The position numbers and the translations under genes are program-made. From Candidatus Dormiibacterota bacterium (lineage in GTDB: Bacteria; Chloroflexota; Dormibacteria; Dormibacterales; Dormibacteraceae): a stretch of 62,309 nucleotides of DNA. Below are positions 57,056 through 62,309 of the stretch, one piece after another. The notes under the pieces are model-generated. The model did not search any database, was not told the origin of the DNA, and worked only from the letters and a program-made list of their open reading frames with translations. The stretch is taken from assembly GCA_035259145.1 (NCBI GenBank), contig DATFWQ010000135.1, forward strand, positions 1 to 62,309, given 5' to 3'. How positions within the stretch are numbered: the first letter of the stretch is position 1; every line of letters begins with the position of its first letter.

Positions 57056-57783
57056 AGCGACGCGGGCCGCGCCTGGATGCGGCCCTGACCAAGGCCGGCC
57101 TGGCCGAGTCGCGGACCCGGGCGCAGGCACTGATCCTGGCGGGAAAGGTCCGTGTCAACGGCGAGACGGTTCGCACCCCTGACCGCCCGGTACAGCCTGA
57201 CTCGCGCCTGGAGCTGATCCAACCGTCGCCGTATGTCAGCCGTGGCGGCGAGAAGCTCGCTCCGGCGCTCGACGAGTTCGGCATCAGGGTCGAGGGGCGG
57301 GTGTGCGCCGACATCGGCGCCTCCACCGGCGGATTCACCGACGTGCTGCTGCAGCGCGGAGCAGCCCGTGTTTACGCGGTGGACGTTGGGCGAGGGCTTC
57401 TGCACTGGCGACTGCGTCAGAATCCGCGCGTGGTGCTGATGGAGCGCGTGAACGCCCGACATCTCGATTCTTTCCCGGAGCCGGTGTCGCTGGTGACGGT
57501 TGACGTGTCGTTCATCGGTCTCGAGAAGGTCCTGCCGGCCGTGCGGCGGTCCGCACCCGGGGCCGAGCTCGTGGTGCTCTTCAAACCGCAGTTCCAGGTT
57601 GATCGTGGCGAGGTCGCATCGGGCGGGGTAGTCCGGGACGCGGCGGCGGTGGCCTCGGCGCTGGACCGATTCCGAGCGTGGTGCGCTGCGAACGGCTTTC
57701 GGCTGCTGGGCGAGACGTGGGCAGCCGTTGCCGGTGCGGCGGGCAACCGGGAGCGTCTGTTCCACCTCCAGGCGAGCACGTGA
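57052..57783 (+). CDS. tlyA: TlyA family rRNA (cytidine-2'-O)-methyltransferase; proposed CTG start in a CTGA overlap
   Basis: The S4-like N-domain (RLDAALTKAGLAESRTRAQALILAGKVRVNGE) is encoded upstream of the first canonical start at 57301. FtsJ-type GASTGGFTDVLLQRGA follows. Confidence 0.85.
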   Translation: MKRRGPRLDAALTKAGLAESRTRAQALILAGKVRVNGETVRTPDRPVQPDSRLELIQPSPYVSRGGEKLAPALDEFGIRVEGRVCADIGASTGGFTDVLLQRGAARVYAVDVGRGLLHWRLRQNPRVVLMERVNARHLDSFPEPVSLVTVDVSFIGLEKVLPAVRRSAPGAELVVLFKPQFQVDRGEVASGGVVRDAAAVASALDRFRAWCAANGFRLLGETWAAVAGAAGNRERLFHLQAST

Positions 57784-58640
57784 TCGGCTTCATCCGCCAC
57801 CCCCACGTCGACCGCCAGGTCACCGGCCTCGAGGCGGCCCGGCGCTTTCTGGAGAGCTCGGGAATCAATGTGTGGGAGTCCACGAGGGAGGGGCGCCTTG
57901 TCGTGCCGAGGGCGACGCGCCTGCTGGTTACGCTGGGCGGCGACGGAACGCTGCTCTCGGTCGCAAGCCTCGCCGCGCGGCACGACGTTCCCGTGCTGGG
58001 GGTAAACCTCGGCCGGCTCGGTTTTCTGACCGAGCTGGAGGTGGACGGACTCTGCACGGGGCTGCAGCGCTTCCTCGATGGCGACTTTCGGCTTGACCTG
58101 CGCACGCTGCTGGAGGTGGTCGTCGAGCGGGAGGGAAGGCGCCTTCGCCGCGCGCTGGGGCTCAACGAGCTGGTGCTGCAGCGACCGGCGCAGGATGGTC
58201 TGCTGCGGCTGCGCCTGCTGGTGGATGGTCAGGAGATTGGGCAGATCGACGCCGACGGCGTGCTGGTCGCGACGGCGACCGGCTCCACCGCATACGCGCT
58301 TGCGGCGGGTGGGCCGATCCTCGAGCCGACGATCGAAGACCTGGTGCTGGTTCCGATGGCGCCCTTCGCACTCACAGTTCGCCCCATGGTGCTGTCACCG
58401 GACCAGGGCATCTCCGTCGAGCTTCCGCGGAGTGCGGCCGAAGGATGTGTCGATGGCGGACCTGTGTGGCGCTTGCGGCGCGGCGACCGGGTTCGAGTCT
58501 CGGGTTTTGAGCGCCGCCTCCAGATGGTGCGGTTCACGCCGCCAGAGCGCTTCTTCACGCTGCTTCGCCTGAAGCTCGGCTGGGGTCTTCCCCTGGTGCC
58601 GACGCCCGAGCGGACCGCGGGCCGGACCTCCCCGAGTTGA
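57780..58640 (+). CDS. nadK: NAD kinase
   Basis: LLVTLGGDGTLL, NLGRLGFLTE and ATATGSTAYALAAGGP motifs. GTGA overlap with tlyA. Confidence 0.9.
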   Translation: MIGFIRHPHVDRQVTGLEAARRFLESSGINVWESTREGRLVVPRATRLLVTLGGDGTLLSVASLAARHDVPVLGVNLGRLGFLTELEVDGLCTGLQRFLDGDFRLDLRTLLEVVVEREGRRLRRALGLNELVLQRPAQDGLLRLRLLVDGQEIGQIDADGVLVATATGSTAYALAAGGPILEPTIEDLVLVPMAPFALTVRPMVLSPDQGISVELPRSAAEGCVDGGPVWRLRRGDRVRVSGFERRLQMVRFTPPERFFTLLRLKLGWGLPLVPTPERTAGRTSPS

Positions 58641-58763
58641 GCCCTGCATTCCTCATCTGAGGGCGCCCCTGAGGTCTGAGGACCTTCCCACGGGCCCCTG
58701 TGCACCAAAGCTTTTCACCGCGGCGGACGGCGCGACTCGCCGATGGCGGATTAACAACCGGAC

Positions 58764-58793
58764 TTGCCAATCGAACGCCCGTTCGCATAGGAT
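58764..58793 (+). promoter_or_regulatory. putative recN promoter (TTGCCA - 18 nt - TAGGAT)
   Basis: Hexamers read directly from the sequence. Not tested. Confidence 0.4.
58772..58785 (+). promoter_or_regulatory. LexA (SOS/Cheo-type) box CGAACGCCCGTTCG upstream of recN
   Basis: Perfect CGAAC-N4-GTTCG palindrome between a TTGCCA (-35-like) and a TAGGAT (-10-like) hexamer, 16 nt before the recN ATG at 58801. Confidence 0.7.
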
Positions 58794-58800
58794 GGGCCGC

Positions 58801-60474
58801 ATGCTTGAAGAGCTCCACGTGCGGGACCTGGCCCTTGTCGACAGCGCCCGCGTCCGGTTCGGCCCCGGCCTGAATTTGCTGACTGGCGAGACCGGCAGCG
58901 GCAAGTCGCTCATCGTGGACGCGCTCGGTCTCTGCCTGGGATCACGCGCGAGCACTGACCAGATCCGGCAGGGGGCGGATCGAGCCTGCGCGGAGGCTGT
59001 GTTCGACATCGCCGAGGTAGCACCTGCCAGACGGGCACTCGATACCTTCGGCCACGAGCCGGCGGGCGAGCTGGTGCTGACCCGAGAAGTAGGGCGCCGC
59101 GGCGTCGCTCGGATCAACGGCCGGCCGGCCGCACCCGGGCAGCTGCGCGACCTCGGCAGAAGTCTGGTGGGGATCCACGGGCAGCACGATCAGCGGCTGC
59201 TCGTGGACCCTCAGGCTCAGACCCTGCTCCTCGACTCGTTCGGGGCTGCTCTCCCGGCGCGGGAGGCGGTCGAGGCTGCGCACGAGACCTGGATCGACGC
59301 CGGGCGGCGGCTCGCCGACCTCCAGCGAATGCAGGCGCGTGGCCAGCGGGAGGAGGAGTACCTCCGCTGGCAGCTCGAGGAGCTGAGGGCGGCCGATCTC
59401 AGGCCCGGCGAGGACGCCGAGCTGACGGCTGAGCGTTCGGTCGTGCGTCACTCCGCCAAGCTCGTGGAGCTGATCGGCGCCGCGGTCGGGGCTCTGCGTG
59501 CCGAGGAGGGACTTCCATCCGCCGTCGGCGGCGTGAGGGGTGCCTCCGAGCTCGATCCGCGGCTGACCGAGGTGGCCGACCGGCTCGAAGTGCTGGACTC
59601 TGAGCTGGCCGACGTGAGCGCCGGACTCCGTCGCTACCTCGATGAGCTGGACGCCGACCCTGCGCGTCTGGAGCAGATCGAGGCGCGCCTGGCCGCGCTT
59701 GAGCAGATCAAGCGCAAGTACGGGGGCAGCATCGATGCCGCGGTGGGAGAGCGTGAGCGGCTGGAGTCTCAACTCGGTCAGATGGCCGATCTCGGGGCTG
59801 CTCTCGAGACCGCCGAGCGAGAGGTGGCCGAGGCGCGCGCCGGGCTGGACCGTGCGGCGGCTGAGCTCACCGATCTGCGTGCTGAAGCTGCAGGACGGCT
59901 CACGCGTGCCGTCACCGAGGAGCTGAGCGGCCTCCGTCTGGGAGGGGCGGTCTTCGAGGCACGTCTGGTGTCGCGGCAGGATGTCGCCGCCGATGGTGCT
60001 GAGGAGGTCGAGATGCGGTTCTCGGCCAACCCCGGCGAAGTGCCCGCGCCGCTTGCCAGGGTCGCATCAGGCGGAGAGCTGTCGCGTGTGATGCTGGCAA
60101 TTCGGGCCGCCGGCGCCGAATCAGAAGAACTCCCCACCCTGGTCTTTGACGAGGTTGACGCGGGCATCGGTGGAGAGGCCGCCGTCCAGGTCGGCCTGCG
60201 ACTGAAGGCGCTCGGAGCCAAGCGGCAGGTCCTGGTCGTCACCCACCTGGCGCAGATCGCGTGTTTCGCCGACCATCACCTGATCGTGGAAAAGGCTCGC
60301 GACGCCGACGGCCGCCACGTCGTCCGGGTTCGCGAGCTGGTCGCCGAAGAAGAGAGGGCCTGTGAGCTGGCGCGCATGATGAGCGGCACGATCACGGAAA
60401 AGGCGCTGGCTCGCGCACACGAGCTGATAGATGAGGCTGGAACCGGTGGCCTCCATTTGCGGGTCGCCTCATGA
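58801..60474 (+). CDS. recN: DNA repair protein RecN
   Basis: MLEELHVRDLALV...LTGETGSGKS N-terminus, long coiled coil, C-terminal SGGELSRVMLA and FDEVDAGIGG. An ATG at 58792 lies 3 codons upstream in frame. Confidence 0.95.
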   Translation: MLEELHVRDLALVDSARVRFGPGLNLLTGETGSGKSLIVDALGLCLGSRASTDQIRQGADRACAEAVFDIAEVAPARRALDTFGHEPAGELVLTREVGRRGVARINGRPAAPGQLRDLGRSLVGIHGQHDQRLLVDPQAQTLLLDSFGAALPAREAVEAAHETWIDAGRRLADLQRMQARGQREEEYLRWQLEELRAADLRPGEDAELTAERSVVRHSAKLVELIGAAVGALRAEEGLPSAVGGVRGASELDPRLTEVADRLEVLDSELADVSAGLRRYLDELDADPARLEQIEARLAALEQIKRKYGGSIDAAVGERERLESQLGQMADLGAALETAEREVAEARAGLDRAAAELTDLRAEAAGRLTRAVTEELSGLRLGGAVFEARLVSRQDVAADGAEEVEMRFSANPGEVPAPLARVASGGELSRVMLAIRAAGAESEELPTLVFDEVDAGIGGEAAVQVGLRLKALGAKRQVLVVTHLAQIACFADHHLIVEKARDADGRHVVRVRELVAEEERACELARMMSGTITEKALARAHELIDEAGTGGLHLRVAS

Positions 60475-60561
60475 CCGAGGACAGCCCGGCGCCGCCGCCA
60501 GGCTGCCCGGTGGCGGGGGGATCGCGGCACGGCTCCAACTCGATAGATTTGGCCCCAATCG

Positions 60562-61458
60562 ATGCGATACGCGATCCTCGGCGCAGGCGGCGTCGGACTG
60601 CTGGTCGGCGGTGCACTTGCCCTTGCCGGTCATCCGGTTCGCCTGATCCTGCGGCCAGACGCGCGGGACCTTTATCCGGGAGGAGTCCATGTCAAGAGCG
60701 CGCTCCTGGGTGAGTTCGACGTCGACGTCCCCGCCAGCACCCGGCTCGATCGTGAGATAGACGTTCTCTGGGTGACGGTCAAGGCTACTCAGCTGGAAGA
60801 CGCTCTCCGGCTGGCATCGCCAGCCGTCAGTCCTCAGGCGGTTGTAGTCCCCCTACTGAACGGCGTCGACCACGTGTCGCGTCTCCGCGAGGTGTACGGG
60901 AATCAGGTCATCGCAGGCGCCATCCGCGTCGAGTCGGAACGCGTCGGCCCGGGTCAGGTCGTACACGCGGGCCAGCTTGTCTCGACGGAGCTGGCGCCAC
61001 CTCCACCGCTGCGGGGCCGCGCCGAAGCGATAGCGGACGAGATGCGGCGAGCAGGCCTGCCCTGCGTCGTCCGCGAGCGTGAGGCGGACGTGATGTGGGG
61101 CAAGCTCGCGCTGCTGGCTCCTTTCGCGCTCGGCACGAGCAGCCTCGGCATGCCCATTGGGCCGGCGCGTGAGGACCCCGAGCTGCGCCGGCTGATGCTG
61201 GAGGCGATCCAAGAGATCTGCGAAGTCGCCACCACTGAGGGTGCGCAGCTCGAGCCCGCGGTCTTCTTCCAAGCCCTACTGGACCTGCCGCACCTGATGC
61301 GTTCATCAATGCAGAAGGATCTCCAGGCGGGGCGGCAGCCGGAGCTGGATGCCATCGCTGGAGCGGTGCTGCGGCGAGGACGGGAACGGGGCATTCCGAC
61401 TCCGGCGACAGCGGAACTGGTTCGGCGCCTTGGCGGATCGCAGAGCCAGAACCTTTAG
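60562..61458 (+). CDS. panE: 2-dehydropantoate 2-reductase (ketopantoate reductase family)
   Basis: MRYAILGAGGVG Rossmann N-terminus, PLLNGVDH, and C-terminal SSMQKDL...ELDAI motifs. Confidence 0.8.
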   Translation: MRYAILGAGGVGLLVGGALALAGHPVRLILRPDARDLYPGGVHVKSALLGEFDVDVPASTRLDREIDVLWVTVKATQLEDALRLASPAVSPQAVVVPLLNGVDHVSRLREVYGNQVIAGAIRVESERVGPGQVVHAGQLVSTELAPPPPLRGRAEAIADEMRRAGLPCVVREREADVMWGKLALLAPFALGTSSLGMPIGPAREDPELRRLMLEAIQEICEVATTEGAQLEPAVFFQALLDLPHLMRSSMQKDLQAGRQPELDAIAGAVLRRGRERGIPTPATAELVRRLGGSQSQNL

Positions 61459-62122
61459 CGGCCCGGGCGACCCCCGCCTTAGCCGGGCGCTCTGCATCGT
61501 GGCTCATCCGGACGACGTCGACTTCTTCGCAGCCGGCACCGTCCTTCTGATGACGCGCAACGGCGTGACTGTCGATTTTGTGCTGGCCACGTCGGGAGAC
61601 AAGGGCAGTCGCGACCCTTCCACGTCGGCCGCGGAGCTGGCGGCCAGTCGGGAGCGGGAGCAACTGGCGTCAGCGGCGGTGCTCGGCGCCAGCCGCGTCG
61701 AGTTTCTCCGTCACGGGGACGCCGAGCTGGTGGACACTCTGGAGCTCCGTGGCGAGCTCGTTCGAGAGATACGGCGCAGCCGCCCGGATGTCCTGCTGAC
61801 GTTCGACCCTACCCCTGCCTACCGGCAGCACCCGGATCATCGAGTGGTCGGGCGGGTGGCGCTCGATGCCGCCTGGCCGTGCGCACGCGACCCGCTGACC
61901 TACCCCGAGATGGGGCCGCCGCACGAGACGGCGGAGGCCTGGCTGTTCGGCAGTCCGCGCGGGACTCGGGCAGACCTGAAGGTCGACGTCCGCGAGGTGC
62001 TCGAGCTCAAGATCGCCGCTCGCCTGGAGCATCGGAGCCAGACACGCGACCCGGTGGACATGGCGCGACGCTGGCGCCATGTAGCCGGTCAGGAGCGCTT
62101 TCTGCAGGTCGACCTTCGCTGA
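61349..62122 (+). CDS. PIG-L/LmbE family deacetylase; start unresolved
   Basis: IVAHPDDVDFF, ATSGDKGS and HPDH motifs. ATG 61349 overlaps panE by 110 nt. The next canonical start, GTG 61499, would remove the first beta-strand. Confidence 0.75.
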   Translation: MPSLERCCGEDGNGAFRLRRQRNWFGALADRRARTFSGPGDPRLSRALCIVAHPDDVDFFAAGTVLLMTRNGVTVDFVLATSGDKGSRDPSTSAAELAASREREQLASAAVLGASRVEFLRHGDAELVDTLELRGELVREIRRSRPDVLLTFDPTPAYRQHPDHRVVGRVALDAAWPCARDPLTYPEMGPPHETAEAWLFGSPRGTRADLKVDVREVLELKIAARLEHRSQTRDPVDMARRWRHVAGQERFLQVDLR

Positions 62123-62158
62123 ACAGCGGTGCGCTCATCCGGACGCAACCCGTCTGTC

Positions 62159-62273
62159 GTGAGTCAGAAGGTCGTCGAGCAGATTGCGCAGGCACGCCAA
62201 GCGTGCCCCTTGACGTCCGGCATAGGCCGCCGGAGCCGCAATATGCCGGCGAGTCGCTATCCCCCTGACTCAC
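62159..62273 (+). other. nested inverted repeats (candidate structured leader) at the right edge
   Basis: The outer arms GTGAGTCAG (62159-62167) and CTGACTCAC (62265-62273) enclose two hairpins: GGCACGC-caa-GCGTGCC and CCGGCATA-N17-TATGCCGG. A GGGGAGGG SD-like run lies at 62297-62304. Confidence 0.3.
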
Positions 62274-62309
62274 CTTGAGCATCCGGCTCGGGCGCAGGGG
62301 AGGGCTACC

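Overview
High-GC bacterial chromosomal segment of 62.3 kb, almost entirely housekeeping genes. I call about 67 CDS, 58 on the + strand and 9 on the - strand. They sit in long operons with many 4-nt NTGA start/stop overlaps.

Content:
- SRP and ribosome-maturation block: ftsY, ylxM-ffh-rpsP-KH-rimM-trmD-rplS-rnhB-yraN.
- comM-dprA-topA.
- rpsB-tsf-pyrH-frr-uppS-cdsA-dxr-rseP-ispG, continuing to proS.
- rel, an MBL hydrolase, hisS, aspS.
- A SigB-like stress module.
- alaS, two extra genes, ruvX, DUF1292, mltG.
- aroE, a prepilin peptidase, a PH-domain protein, aroB, aroQ, efp.
- asp23-nusB-xseB-DUF212-tlyA-nadK-recN, then panE and a PIG-L deacetylase.
- On the - strand: an ABC exporter followed by Ku and a ligase-only LigD, a second ATP-dependent DNA ligase, an IMPase with a stand-alone Lrp/RAM-domain gene, and a hydantoinase with an acyl-CoA ligase.

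Gene order mirrors Firmicutes/Chloroflexota-type (monoderm-like) synteny. I recognised no rRNA, tRNA, CRISPR array, transposase, integrase or prophage gene.

I do not see a clear-cut novel multi-gene system. The observations most worth a second look are:
1. Conserved N-terminal domains that can only be translated from CTG codons. Three of these sit in CTGA overlaps with the upstream stop codon (PHP, aspS, tlyA).
2. A uppS 5' end that needs either a +1 frame change or a non-canonical start.
3. A family of GC-rich palindromic or REP-like repeats filling several intergenic gaps.
4. An FtsA-like ATPase plus a bitopic protein with a baseplate-J-like ectodomain, inserted into the alaS-ruvX operon.
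5. A perfect Cheo-type LexA box inside the recN promoter.
6. A Ku plus ligase-only LigD pair chained behind an ABC transporter.

All family assignments come from reading motifs in the supplied translations, not from database searches.
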